Assembly: GCA_965649215.1 (NCBI GenBank)
Contig: CBFGJZ010000017.1
Coordinates: forward strand, 1 to 20,943
Direction of reading: 5' to 3'
DNA: 20,943 bases
Origin: a candidate division WOR-3 bacterium
GTDB lineage: Bacteria > Hydrothermota > Tepidihabitantia > Tepidihabitantales > CAIPLT01
Shown here: in pieces, positions 8,394-19,879 of the stretch
Layout: each line of letters starts with the position of its first letter
Position numbering within the stretch: the stretch's first letter is position 1
Notes under the pieces: generated by a model
Told to the model about the DNA's origin: nothing
Database searches by the model: none
What the model saw: only the letters and a program-made list of their open reading frames with translations
Position numbers and translations under genes: made by a program

Positions 8394-9788
8394 CTAAATA
8401 GTTGAATTAAGCGGATAATTATTTCGAAGATATTCATATCCCTGTTCTTTGGTTGTGATCTTACCTTCAAGTTGGAGTTCTTCTAATTCCTGTAAAATGG
8501 TTTTAAAAATGGGACCTGGTTTATATCCCCATGCGATTAAATCATCACCATTAATTAAACGAAGTACCTTTTTTTTGGCAGCATCAACTTGCTTTAATTT
8601 TAACATTCGATTAAAAGTGATCTCCAAATGTTTAGTCATTTTGGCGGTTGCGTAACCATCTGCATATGTTAATATCATTAGACCAAAATACTCATCATCA
8701 ACATCGCGAAAGAATCTACGGATGGCGCGATCGGTCAGTTCTGGTGCAGTTGCTAAGAGATGTAAACGCATGTGATAGGCAACTAATTTCTTAAGCATTA
8801 GTGTTTGTTTGCGAGAAAGACGAAGATTTTCATAAGCGATACGACTTACCATTTTTGCCCCCAGATTATCATGGCCATAAAAATGAACCTCGCCAGTTGG
8901 AGTTTTAAATTCGGTGTGGGGTTTGGCAATATCGTGAAAAAGACCAGCAATTTTTAATAAAGCGCGACGAAATGGAAAATTGTTAAAGTATTTAGCAAAT
9001 TCATCGGTGAATTGAGAAAAATAACTTTTTCGAGAAAGAAGTGATTCAATTTTTTTATAAGTGCGTAAAGAGTGGGCAAACAATGCTTTGTCATCAAATA
9101 ATTTCTTGGCCAAGGGGAATAACTGCGCCAGGATATTAAGGTCATACAAAATTTTAAGAGAGTGATACGACTTAGCTGATTCACAGATGCGTAATAATTC
9201 ATAACCAATGCGTTCTGGGGCCACTGAAGAGAGTTTAATGTTTTTAGCCAATTCGAAAACTTTATTGCTAACGGTAAAGTTTAATTCTAGAGCGATGCGA
9301 AAAGCACGAAGGATGCGGAGGGGATCTAAGATTAATGATTTATTGGTAGTTGGGAAGATTGTTTTTGATTTGAGATGTGTTAAACCGTGAAATTTATCGA
9401 TGATTTTTGTTGGTTTGTGTAAATCTATGGCTAAAGCGTTTATCGTAAAATCTCGTCTTAACAAATCTTCGCGGATAGTCTTATCACCAAGACCATTAAA
9501 ATCAAAAATAATGCCGTTGGGGAGAACAACTCTTGCTTCATCGTCTTTTTCAGACAAGAGAACAAAAGCCGACTTAGTTTTTAAGGCAAACTTTCGAGCA
9601 AATTCAATGCCTTTGCCACTAATCGCAAAATCAAAATCATTAGGAGTTCTTTCTAATAAATAATCACGCAGAGCACCACCTACTAAATATATTTTAGTTT
9701 TTGTACTATTTGTTAAGAGTTGAGATAGAATTGATTTTAATTCTTGGCTATAAAAGATATCATCCAAAAGAGAACGCTTTATCTTCAT
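8394..9788 (-). CDS. Class II tRNA nucleotidyltransferase with HD domain (probably CC-adding type)
   Basis: YLVGGALRD, DFDF, EDLLRRDFTINA, DPLRILRAFR, ERI, and the HD domain LFHDIAKP. Confidence 0.9.
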   Translation of the reverse strand: MKIKRSLLDDIFYSQELKSILSQLLTNSTKTKIYLVGGALRDYLLERTPNDFDFAISGKGIEFARKFALKTKSAFVLLSEKDDEARVVLPNGIIFDFNGLGDKTIREDLLRRDFTINALAIDLHKPTKIIDKFHGLTHLKSKTIFPTTNKSLILDPLRILRAFRIALELNFTVSNKVFELAKNIKLSSVAPERIGYELLRICESAKSYHSLKILYDLNILAQLFPLAKKLFDDKALFAHSLRTYKKIESLLSRKSYFSQFTDEFAKYFNNFPFRRALLKIAGLFHDIAKPHTEFKTPTGEVHFYGHDNLGAKMVSRIAYENLRLSRKQTLMLKKLVAYHMRLHLLATAPELTDRAIRRFFRDVDDEYFGLMILTYADGYATAKMTKHLEITFNRMLKLKQVDAAKKKVLRLINGDDLIAWGYKPGPIFKTILQELEELQLEGKITTKEQGYEYLRNNYPLNSTI

Positions 9789-9800
9789 AAATCAATATAG

Positions 9801-9828
9801 ATAATAACAAAACTATTAGAAATGTCAA
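9801..9828 (-). promoter_or_regulatory. Putative promoter of the nucleotidyltransferase gene
   Basis: TTGACA (9828-9823), 16 nt, TATTAT preceded by TG-n (extended -10); 12 nt to ATG; no SD. Confidence 0.55.
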
Positions 9829-9844
9829 AATAATTTGGGAGAAA

Positions 9845-10972
9845 TCAGTGTTTTTTTATGAGATAATAGTAATAATCTTCAATCTGTTTTGTAATTTTGG
9901 GCCAAGCGTACTGTTGCGCTTGGAGATGTCCATTATTTGCTAAAGTTTTTCGTAAGTTATTATCTTTAATGAGTTGAGTTATTTTAGTAGCTAAATCATC
10001 AGCAGAATTGGGTGTAAAGAGCAAACCAGTTTTACCATCTTCAATTACTTCATCATAACCACCAATATTAGATGCAATAACTGGTGCCGCACATGCCATT
10101 GCTTCAAGTAAAACAATACCTTGAGCTTCGCCTCCTAAGGTTGGTGCGATATAGATATCACAGGTCCGATAAAAGCGAGGTACATCTTCTCGTGGAACAT
10201 AACCAAAAAAAGTACAGCGATTTTCTAATCGATTTTCTTTAACATATTGACGCGCTTTTTCCAAAAGAGGTCCTTTGCCAACAATGTATAAGATAAGGTT
10301 GGGAAATGTGTCTTTGAGTTTTAAGAAAGCTTCAAGGAGCACCCAAATGCCTTTCTTTTGATCAAGTCGACTAACATAGAGGAGAATAAATTTGTCGGAT
10401 TCGCGAGCGAATGGTTCTACGGAGAGAGAAAATCTTTCGGTATCAACACCATTAGGTATCACGCGATAATCGCCTGGATAATATGGTTCGTTCCAAATTC
10501 GCGCCAAGTTGGAAACATAGATACGGCCATGAATTTTTTTAATATATTTTCGAAAAAGTAATGAACCAATATTAAAAGCAATATTTCGTTTAAAACCAAC
10601 AGTATGAGGCGTTAGGACATTAGTTGTGTGAGAAAAAATAAGGGTCCAAAAACCTAATTCCAACGGATAACAGCTATGCATATGAATAATATCATAATTT
10701 TTCTGAATGAGAATTTGTCTTACTTTAAAGGGTATTTCGAAACCAATTGAAAAAGGAGAAGTGCCTTGATTAATTGTAAGCATTAAGGCTCGACCAACGC
10801 GGATAGTTGGAATTTCGTTGGGTTCACAACTATGCGATAGGGTTGGATAATTGGTGGTCAGAATAGTGACATCATGACCTAATGATCTTAATCCTTTGCT
10901 AAGATAATAGACATGCTCAGAACCGCCACAGGGATGCGGCCAATAGGCAGTACTTACCAACAAGATCTTCAT
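9845..10972 (-). CDS. Glycosyltransferase family 4 (PimA-like, GT-B)
   Basis: MKILLVSTAYWPHPCGGSEHV start (ATG 10972 preferred), IPNGVD, SRLDQKKG, EAQGIVLLEAMA (ExxxxxxxE). Confidence 0.92.
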   Translation of the reverse strand: MKILLVSTAYWPHPCGGSEHVYYLSKGLRSLGHDVTILTTNYPTLSHSCEPNEIPTIRVGRALMLTINQGTSPFSIGFEIPFKVRQILIQKNYDIIHMHSCYPLELGFWTLIFSHTTNVLTPHTVGFKRNIAFNIGSLLFRKYIKKIHGRIYVSNLARIWNEPYYPGDYRVIPNGVDTERFSLSVEPFARESDKFILLYVSRLDQKKGIWVLLEAFLKLKDTFPNLILYIVGKGPLLEKARQYVKENRLENRCTFFGYVPREDVPRFYRTCDIYIAPTLGGEAQGIVLLEAMACAAPVIASNIGGYDEVIEDGKTGLLFTPNSADDLATKITQLIKDNNLRKTLANNGHLQAQQYAWPKITKQIEDYYYYLIKKH

Positions 10973-10982
10973 TTTACGACTG

Positions 10983-11011
10983 AGTATACTTTTGATAGTA
11001 AATAATGTCAA
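10983..11011 (-). promoter_or_regulatory. Promoter of GT4 gene
   Basis: TTGACA (11011-11006), 17 nt, TATACT (10988-10983), 10 nt, ATG. Confidence 0.7.
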
Positions 11012-11045
11012 TATTGTGAACTGGTAATATTTTAACGAGGTATAC

Positions 11046-11073
11046 TTGTCAATAAACAATAAAATAGTATAAT
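11046..11073 (+). promoter_or_regulatory. Promoter of PLD-family gene
   Basis: TTGTCA (11046-11051), 16 nt, TATAAT (11068-11073), 8 nt, ATG. Confidence 0.65.
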
Positions 11074-11081
11074 AACCATTA

Positions 11082-12164
11082 ATGAACTATACAATTCTAA
11101 TTGACGATGAATTTCCAAGAGATCTTAACCAGAAGATTGCTCAAGCGCAAAAGCGTATTTATGTTCAATTTATGACATTTGAGGGGGACAGCGCAGGTTG
11201 GCAATTAGCTCAACAGTTAATCACAGCAAAGAAACGAGGAATTGATGTAAAAGTTGTGATTGATTATTATACGAATTTTTTTGTCAGCACCCGTTACTAT
11301 CGGTTTAAATCAGTACGAGCCGAAGCCCAACAAACCCAAGAGATGATAAAAATGATGCGTGACGCAGGTATTGAAGTTTATCGAACACGACCATATGGTC
11401 CATTTAATATTTTTTTCGCCAGCAGAAATCATAAAAAACTTGTTATTATTGATGATTACGGATATTTAGGTGGATTTAATATTAGCGACCATAATTACGC
11501 ATGGCACGATATGATGATTAGATTTGAAGAACCGGCAATTTTAAGGACCTTATTAAAAGATTACGAAGCAACTTTAGCGGGTAAAAGAGTAAATTTAGAT
11601 GAGAATTATATCATTAGCAATGAAGTTATTACTGAGCGATTTAACAAATTAATTCGTGAAGCGAAAGAAGAAATAATCATATCCTCTCCATATTTTATCA
11701 GTAAAGATATTATTGACCTCGCTAAGCAAAAAAAGATTACAATTAAATTTTTAACCGTTAAAAAGAATAATTATCAAATTGCTAATTTGATGGCTAAGAT
11801 AATATATCCATTATTTATTAAGTATAATATTGAGATTTATTTTTATGAAAAATTCAGCCATGCTAAGTTTATTATTGTTGATCGAGAAAAGGTGCTTTTA
11901 GGTTCATCTAATTTCTGTATAAATAATTTGCCCTATGAGCAAGAAATTGGTATCTATATCGAAGATAAAAAGTTTGCTGAGGAAGTTTACAATAAATTAG
12001 TAACAAATCAGATGAGCAAGCTACAAAGATATCAAAGAAAATTCAGTTGTTTTCGAGGTTTAGTGTCAGCGCTTATCTTATTTTTGATTGTTCATCTTTC
12101 GTATCCGATTTTTTTCTTCTATGCCTTAATAACAAAGCTGTATATTCGGGAAATTAAGAAATAA
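11082..12164 (+). CDS. Phospholipase D superfamily protein (cardiolipin-synthase-like, no N-terminal TM)
   Basis: Two HKD motifs: RNHKKLVIID...GGFN and SHAKFIIVD...GSSN; hydrophobic C-terminal tail. Confidence 0.88.
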   Translation: MNYTILIDDEFPRDLNQKIAQAQKRIYVQFMTFEGDSAGWQLAQQLITAKKRGIDVKVVIDYYTNFFVSTRYYRFKSVRAEAQQTQEMIKMMRDAGIEVYRTRPYGPFNIFFASRNHKKLVIIDDYGYLGGFNISDHNYAWHDMMIRFEEPAILRTLLKDYEATLAGKRVNLDENYIISNEVITERFNKLIREAKEEIIISSPYFISKDIIDLAKQKKITIKFLTVKKNNYQIANLMAKIIYPLFIKYNIEIYFYEKFSHAKFIIVDREKVLLGSSNFCINNLPYEQEIGIYIEDKKFAEEVYNKLVTNQMSKLQRYQRKFSCFRGLVSALILFLIVHLSYPIFFFYALITKLYIREIKK

Positions 12165-12181
12165 ATTATAAATATTAACTC

Positions 12182-12229
12182 TTGACAAATTTTAAATATT
12201 TTGTATAATGGAAATGGCAGTTCTTTGAA
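12182..12229 (+). promoter_or_regulatory. rRNA promoter P1 plus boxA-like antiterminator
   Basis: TTGACA (12182-12187), 16 nt, TATAAT (12204-12209); GTTCTTTGAA at 12220-12229. Confidence 0.8.
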
Positions 12230-12297
12230 TTCCTTAATTTGCTATAACAGTAAAGATACAGGATGGGTATCTTTACCGTTATACGCTGGAAATTCAC

Positions 12298-12325
12298 TTG
12301 ACAAATTTTATAAATTTATTATAAT
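12298..12325 (+). promoter_or_regulatory. rRNA promoter P2
   Basis: TTGACA (12298-12303), 16 nt, TATAAT (12320-12325). Confidence 0.8.
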
Positions 12326-12384
12326 TATGGTTAGCCAAAGAATCCATTAATTTGGATCTGTGGTTAAAATAAATTGACAATAAG

Positions 12385-12419
12385 TGTTCTTTGAAAATTT
12401 GGAACATAGTTTTTATAAT
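12385..12419 (+). promoter_or_regulatory. Second boxA overlapping a possible promoter P3
   Basis: TGTTCTTTGAAAA (12385-12397); TTGAAA (12391-12396), 17 nt, TATAAT (12414-12419). Confidence 0.6.
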
Positions 12420-12430
12420 GGCAGGCTCAT

Positions 12431-15445
<3,015 letters not shown>

Positions 15446-15481
15446 TGCCTGCCATTTCTAATAGTGAATATGGTTAATTAT

Positions 15482-15599
15482 ACCCGGTGGCAATACCGGA
15501 GGGGCAACACCTCTTCCCATACCGAACAGAGTCGTTAAGCCCTCCAGGGCCAATGGTACTGTGCTGGTAACGGTACGGGAGAGTAGGTCGTCACCGGGT
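15482..15599 (+). rRNA. rrf: 5S ribosomal RNA
   Basis: Terminal helix ACCCGGTG/CACCGGGT, CCCATACCGAAC, GAGAGTAGGTCG; followed by a T run. Confidence 0.96.
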
Positions 15600-15774
15600 T
15601 TTTATTTTTACTAAAAAGTTTGCTTACCCCTACTCGAAAATTTTAAGATAACTCAATTATAAACTTAATTTTGTAAAGTAAAAATTAGATTAATTGAGCT
15701 AACTATATTGAAAAATAAATAAATAGCAAAGATAAAAATGAAAAGACAAAACAGCTTACAAATCCATAAAAGTC

Positions 15775-15802
15775 TTGACAAAAAGAATTTTATTGTTAAA
15801 AT
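15775..15802 (+). promoter_or_regulatory. Promoter of pilin-like gene
   Basis: TTGACA (15775-15780), 16 nt, TG-n-TAAAAT (15797-15802); SD-like AAGGGGGTG before ATG 15887. Confidence 0.7.
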
Positions 15803-15886
15803 TTGGTAGTGAGTAAGGGTAGTGGATTTATGAAAATTTATAGTAAGAAAGTGTTATTCTATAAAAGAAAGGGGGTGAATTAAGAA

Positions 15887-16525
15887 ATGAGAAACGAAAA
15901 AGGATTCACCTTAATCGAATTGTTAGTCGTGATTTTAATCATTGGTATCTTGTTAGCATTAATGATACCGAACTTCGTCTTGTTCCAAGAAAGAGCACGC
16001 CGAACCAGTGTTAAGAACAATATGCACATTGTCCAGACATCACTGGAAGCATATGCTACAGACCATTATGGTAACTTCCCTGGCGAAGATGTATCTTGGG
16101 AAGAAGGTGATGATACTGGTATTTGCTTATGGTTCCCTGGTGGTGATGCTATTGTTAATATGGATGGCGAAGTTACACCTGGTCGATTCCCAGTTAATCC
16201 ATATTCATCCCGTCGTTACAATGATGCCGATCTGGGTAATTTGGATTTGGACTATGACACTCACTATGGCGCATTTGAATTCAAAGGTCAGAACGCAATC
16301 ACCCGTGGTGCGGAAGATGATTGCTATTATTTAGACCAAGAATTTGAATTTGCCGGTGGTATCGCAATTGCAACCTGGTTAAACGCAAATAACCAAGACC
16401 TACCAGCAGAATATGGTATCTTTGGTTATGGTCGTGACCCAATCCAACCAATGTACGATATAGATCCGACCGCTGATGATCCAGCAGATCCGACATATTG
16501 GAATTTCTTTGTTCTCCACAACTAA
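15887..16525 (+). CDS. Type IV pilin / pseudopilin-like protein (prepilin cleavage-methylation motif)
   Basis: MRNEKG|FTLIELLVVILIIGILLALMIP class III signal with E5; monocistronic with promoter and terminator. Confidence 0.9.
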   Translation: MRNEKGFTLIELLVVILIIGILLALMIPNFVLFQERARRTSVKNNMHIVQTSLEAYATDHYGNFPGEDVSWEEGDDTGICLWFPGGDAIVNMDGEVTPGRFPVNPYSSRRYNDADLGNLDLDYDTHYGAFEFKGQNAITRGAEDDCYYLDQEFEFAGGIAIATWLNANNQDLPAEYGIFGYGRDPIQPMYDIDPTADDPADPTYWNFFVLHN

Positions 16526-16541
16526 TACCTATTTTATTTAC

Positions 16542-16567
16542 AAGGGGGCAGAAATGCCCCCTTTTTT
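16542..16567 (+). terminator. Rho-independent terminator
   Basis: AAGGGGGCA-GAAA-TGCCCCCTT followed by a T run. Confidence 0.9.
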
Positions 16568-16595
16568 ATTTTGCTTTTATAAAATTGCAGGGCAC

Positions 16596-16835
16596 AGTTT
16601 AACCTTATAAGTTATTAAATAGTTAACTTGGTAGGTCACCTTATAGGTTGCCTATTAGGTAGCCCCCCGGCTCACCTATTATATGAAGAATTGGGTCGTT
16701 ATTCAGCTCACTAAATAGGTCATCTATTATATTATTTACTAAGTTAATTTGTAGGTTATATGGATTATTGGCTAATATATTGTCTTGATGGTGACTGACT
16801 GGGTTATTTAGATGGTTAAGTAGGGTCTGGAAAGT
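16596..16835. repeat. Degenerate tandem array of 20 x 12-bp units, best-conserved form TAGGTCACCTAT
   Basis: In 12-nt register from 16596, all 20 units have T at position 5 and a purine at position 7. Examples: taggtcacctta (16632), taggttgcctat (16644), taggtagccccc (16656), cggctcacctat (16668), taggtcatctat (16716), taggttatatgg (16752). Confidence 0.75.
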
Positions 16836-16861
16836 GTTTTATTATATATTAGTGATGTTTG

Positions 16862-18481
16862 TTAATGCTTTGGTTTTAACCAATAGATAATTTTTTTGAG
16901 ATTGGTTTTTATTGGTCGGCTGGTATCAATTTCTAAGTAATTTTTTATATCTTTAACCGCTTCAAAGTTTTCCCGAATCCGATAGTATATTTCGGGAGTG
17001 GCATCAGAAAGCGAGAATTCTTGTTGGCGTTTCTTCATTCTCTGCAATACCAATCGTTCCGGACAAGTGCAATTAATAATATAGAAATCAGCGTTATTTT
17101 TAATTGCGAGTTCTTTTGCTTCGTTGCGGGATTGTTGATAAGAAAAAGTCGCATCTATAATGACCGCTTTACTTTGTGTTAAGTAATTTTCTGTTCGCTC
17201 ATAGAGGGTTTGATAGGTCTGAGCAGAAATTTCTTTGGTATAGATACCTTTACCATAACCTTCAAAGCAATGTTTTTCAATCGGTGTATTAGTAATTTCT
17301 TTACGAATAATATCAGTCGAAAAGTGATAGGCACCGATTGCATCGGCTAAATGCTGGGCTAAATAGGTCTTGCCGACGCCTGGTAATCCCATAATCATGA
17401 TTAAAGTTGGTTTTGAGTTAAGACAGTCAAGATATTTTTCTGCTAAAGCGAAATATTGACGGGCAATTTTTAAGGCACTGGCTTTTTCTTGCCTGGACAT
17501 ACCTCGGTCATTTAAGTTAAAACTGGTTACTTTACCGCGCACATAAGCACGATAACATTTATAAAAATCAAGGAGTTTTAAGAGTTCGTAGTCTTGGGTA
17601 TAATGGAGATAACGGTTGATGAAAAAATCAGCCAAATGTTTATGGCGATAAAATTCTAAATCCATTACAAAAAAGGCAATTTCTGAGGCAACATCGGATA
17701 CGGCAAAGCGAGGATTGAATTCAAGACAATCAAAGATATAGACTTGGTCTTGAATAAAAATATTACGAGAATGGAGATCACCGTGACATTGTTTGATTTT
17801 ATGCTCAACAATTCGTTTTTGGAAAAGGTCTTGATGTGTATGATAAAATTGTTCAACCGCGGCTTTAATTTTCGCATAACTCTGCTTTTTAATGGTAATA
17901 TCAATAAAAGGTTCGGTCTGAGCAAAGTTTTCATCCCAATTGTACTTGATAGTTTCTATACTGCCATATTTTTGATATTCGGCTTTAAATTTTGATGATT
18001 TGTGAAAATGAGCGATAATTTTAGCGATTTGATCAATAGTTGAATAATTGACTTGGCGTTTAAGTAAAAGATTGGTCATAATTGTCTGTTGGGGTAGTTC
18101 TTTCATTTTTATCGCATAATCAAGAATCGTATAATGAGATTTAGGCTTTTTATTAGTTAGGCGAGCAGTCTTAGATAACATTATTTGTTTGCCTTTTTTG
18201 ACGATTGGTATAACTTGATAATAGATGTCAGGTGCTAAGGTTTGGTTGATGCGAAATTCTTCTTCACAGAAATGTTTACGAGCGGATAAGGTCGTATAAT
18301 CTAAAAATCCAAAAAAGACAGGCTTTTTAATCTTATAAGCATATTTACCCGTTAAAAATACCCACGAAGTATGAGTTTGAATGAGATTGACTTTGTGACA
18401 GTACTTGCCCCAAAAAGATGGTTTTAGAAGTAATTGGAGATAGTTGAGAATTGAATTGTTTTCTGAGTTATTAACTTTCAA
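16862..18481 (-). CDS. Bifunctional aminoglycoside-phosphotransferase-like kinase / AAA_33 P-loop kinase (Rv2004c-like)
   Basis: QTHTSWVFLTG..AYKIKKPV, CHGDLHSRNI, FDCLEFN, Walker A GLPGVGKT, IIDATF, SDAT; TTG start uncertain. Confidence 0.88.
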   Translation of the reverse strand: MKVNNSENNSILNYLQLLLKPSFWGKYCHKVNLIQTHTSWVFLTGKYAYKIKKPVFFGFLDYTTLSARKHFCEEEFRINQTLAPDIYYQVIPIVKKGKQIMLSKTARLTNKKPKSHYTILDYAIKMKELPQQTIMTNLLLKRQVNYSTIDQIAKIIAHFHKSSKFKAEYQKYGSIETIKYNWDENFAQTEPFIDITIKKQSYAKIKAAVEQFYHTHQDLFQKRIVEHKIKQCHGDLHSRNIFIQDQVYIFDCLEFNPRFAVSDVASEIAFFVMDLEFYRHKHLADFFINRYLHYTQDYELLKLLDFYKCYRAYVRGKVTSFNLNDRGMSRQEKASALKIARQYFALAEKYLDCLNSKPTLIMIMGLPGVGKTYLAQHLADAIGAYHFSTDIIRKEITNTPIEKHCFEGYGKGIYTKEISAQTYQTLYERTENYLTQSKAVIIDATFSYQQSRNEAKELAIKNNADFYIINCTCPERLVLQRMKKRQQEFSLSDATPEIYYRIRENFEAVKDIKNYLEIDTSRPIKTNLKKIIYWLKPKH

Positions 18482-18536
18482 TGGCGACGATTAGTAGCGA
18501 TTGGTTTTACTAATATTGTTATGTTGGGTAACGATT

Positions 18537-19070
18537 TTAACATCGGTTTTGGGCAATTTCCACACCCAAGTCAAGGGCTTGGAGATTGTTTTCTAATGTT
18601 GCCGGTGGTACATGATGGCGAATTGCTTGTTTTAGCGATTCAACTGAAGTGATTTTGGTAATTTCTGCTAAACTGCCTAATAAAACAATATTCATAAATA
18701 TTTCTCGACCAAAACGCTCTCGAGTTTTAAGAGCTAAAGGTAAACCATAACAATGTTTCGTGACACAACTGCGGACATAGAAATTGTCATAAATCATAAT
18801 TCCGTTTGGTGCAATATCTGTGAGATAAGAATCAACTGCTTTTTGGGATAGACAAGCCAAGATATTAACTTTTCGTGCCTTGGGATACCAGATCTCGTGG
18901 TCAGAAATTATGATATCAGTCTTAGATGCCCCGCCCCGAGCTTCGGGTCCATAACTTTGCGTTTGAATAACTTTTTTACCTTCGTAAACACCAACCGCTT
19001 CGGCTAAAATTACCCCGGCTAAAATTAAACCCTGACCTCCGGTACCTGCTAATCTAATTTCGTTCCTCAT
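18537..19070 (-). CDS. korC: 2-oxoacid:ferredoxin oxidoreductase gamma subunit
   Basis: GTGGQG and QTQSYGPEARGGAS; ATGA overlap with the beta gene. Confidence 0.92.
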   Translation of the reverse strand: MRNEIRLAGTGGQGLILAGVILAEAVGVYEGKKVIQTQSYGPEARGGASKTDIIISDHEIWYPKARKVNILACLSQKAVDSYLTDIAPNGIMIYDNFYVRSCVTKHCYGLPLALKTRERFGREIFMNIVLLGSLAEITKITSVESLKQAIRHHVPPATLENNLQALDLGVEIAQNRC

Positions 19071-19879
19071 TTTTGCTGCGCCAGTTGAATAATTTTTTGA
19101 TAGGTTTGATAATATTCAGGCGCTTCGATATCGTGGAGAACTCCAATGACGATCTTACCAATCGCATCCGCGGGATTTTTTACCTGCGAAATAGGAATTG
19201 AATTTGCTTTGTAATATTCAAGCATCTTTACCGCATCGCCTAAACGATTGAGCCGCCCGTATAAAGTTGGACATTGGGCAATAACTTCGACAAAAGCAAA
19301 ACCATTTTTCTTCATCGCTTGTTTGAGTATACCTTTTAAATGGGGTACATGATAAGTAGTGCTACGCGCAACAAAAACTGCGCCACTTCCCTTGGCCATT
19401 TCGCAAGCATCAAAGTCTCGTTCAACACATCCATAAGGTGCAGTTTTTGCACGTCTGCCTTGTGGCGTTGTGGGTGAAGCTTGGCCACCAGTCATGCCAT
19501 AATTATAATTATTGATTAAAATTACAGTCATATCAAGATTCCGCCGAGCAGCATGAATAAAATGATTACCACCAATTGCTAATAGATCGCCATCACCAGC
19601 AATAACAATTACTTCTTTTTCAGGATGGGCGAGCTTGACGCCGATTGCAGAAGGAATCGCGCGACCATGAAGGGTATGGAAAGTGTCCGCATCAATATAA
19701 CCAGGAACTCGCGAAGAGCAACCGATTCCCGAGACCACACAAATATCATCATTGGTCATACCCGATTCATCAATTGCCCGAATCATTGCATTCATCGCCG
19801 AACCAATGCCACAACCCGGACATAAAATATGAGGAAAGCGATCGTCTAAACGAAGAAATTTAACGATTCTTGGATTCAT
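19067..19879 (-). CDS. korB: 2-oxoacid:ferredoxin oxidoreductase beta subunit (TPP-binding)
   Basis: CPGCG, SGIGCS, HGRA, GDGD...NN TPP motif, YGMTGGQASPT. Confidence 0.94.
   Translation of the reverse strand: MNPRIVKFLRLDDRFPHILCPGCGIGSAMNAMIRAIDESGMTNDDICVVSGIGCSSRVPGYIDADTFHTLHGRAIPSAIGVKLAHPEKEVIVIAGDGDLLAIGGNHFIHAARRNLDMTVILINNYNYGMTGGQASPTTPQGRRAKTAPYGCVERDFDACEMAKGSGAVFVARSTTYHVPHLKGILKQAMKKNGFAFVEVIAQCPTLYGRLNRLGDAVKMLEYYKANSIPISQVKNPADAIGKIVIGVLHDIEAPEYYQTYQKIIQLAQQK

Noticed and set aside
10973-11059. N-terminal extension of GT4 given by the ORF track
   Set aside because: The family fold begins at MKILLVS (10972), and the extension overlaps the gene's own promoter and the divergent one.
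11082-12164. PLD nuclease as a defence or CRISPR ancillary effector
   Set aside because: Two HKD motifs and cardiolipin-synthase-like context point to lipid metabolism, and the gene is about 9 kb from the cas genes.
15624-15822. Inverted repeat TTACCCCTACTC / GAGTAAGGGTAG around the pilin promoter (invertible switch?)
   Set aside because: Only 10/12 match and no recombinase nearby; too weak to call phase variation.
16596-16835. CRISPR array as the explanation of the periodic region, given the cas genes
   Set aside because: No identical 25-40 bp repeats with unique spacers, here or elsewhere in the window; the period is 12 bp.
16862-18481. Aminoglycoside resistance gene
   Set aside because: The APH-like fold fused to an AAA_33 kinase is a widespread family with no demonstrated general resistance role.
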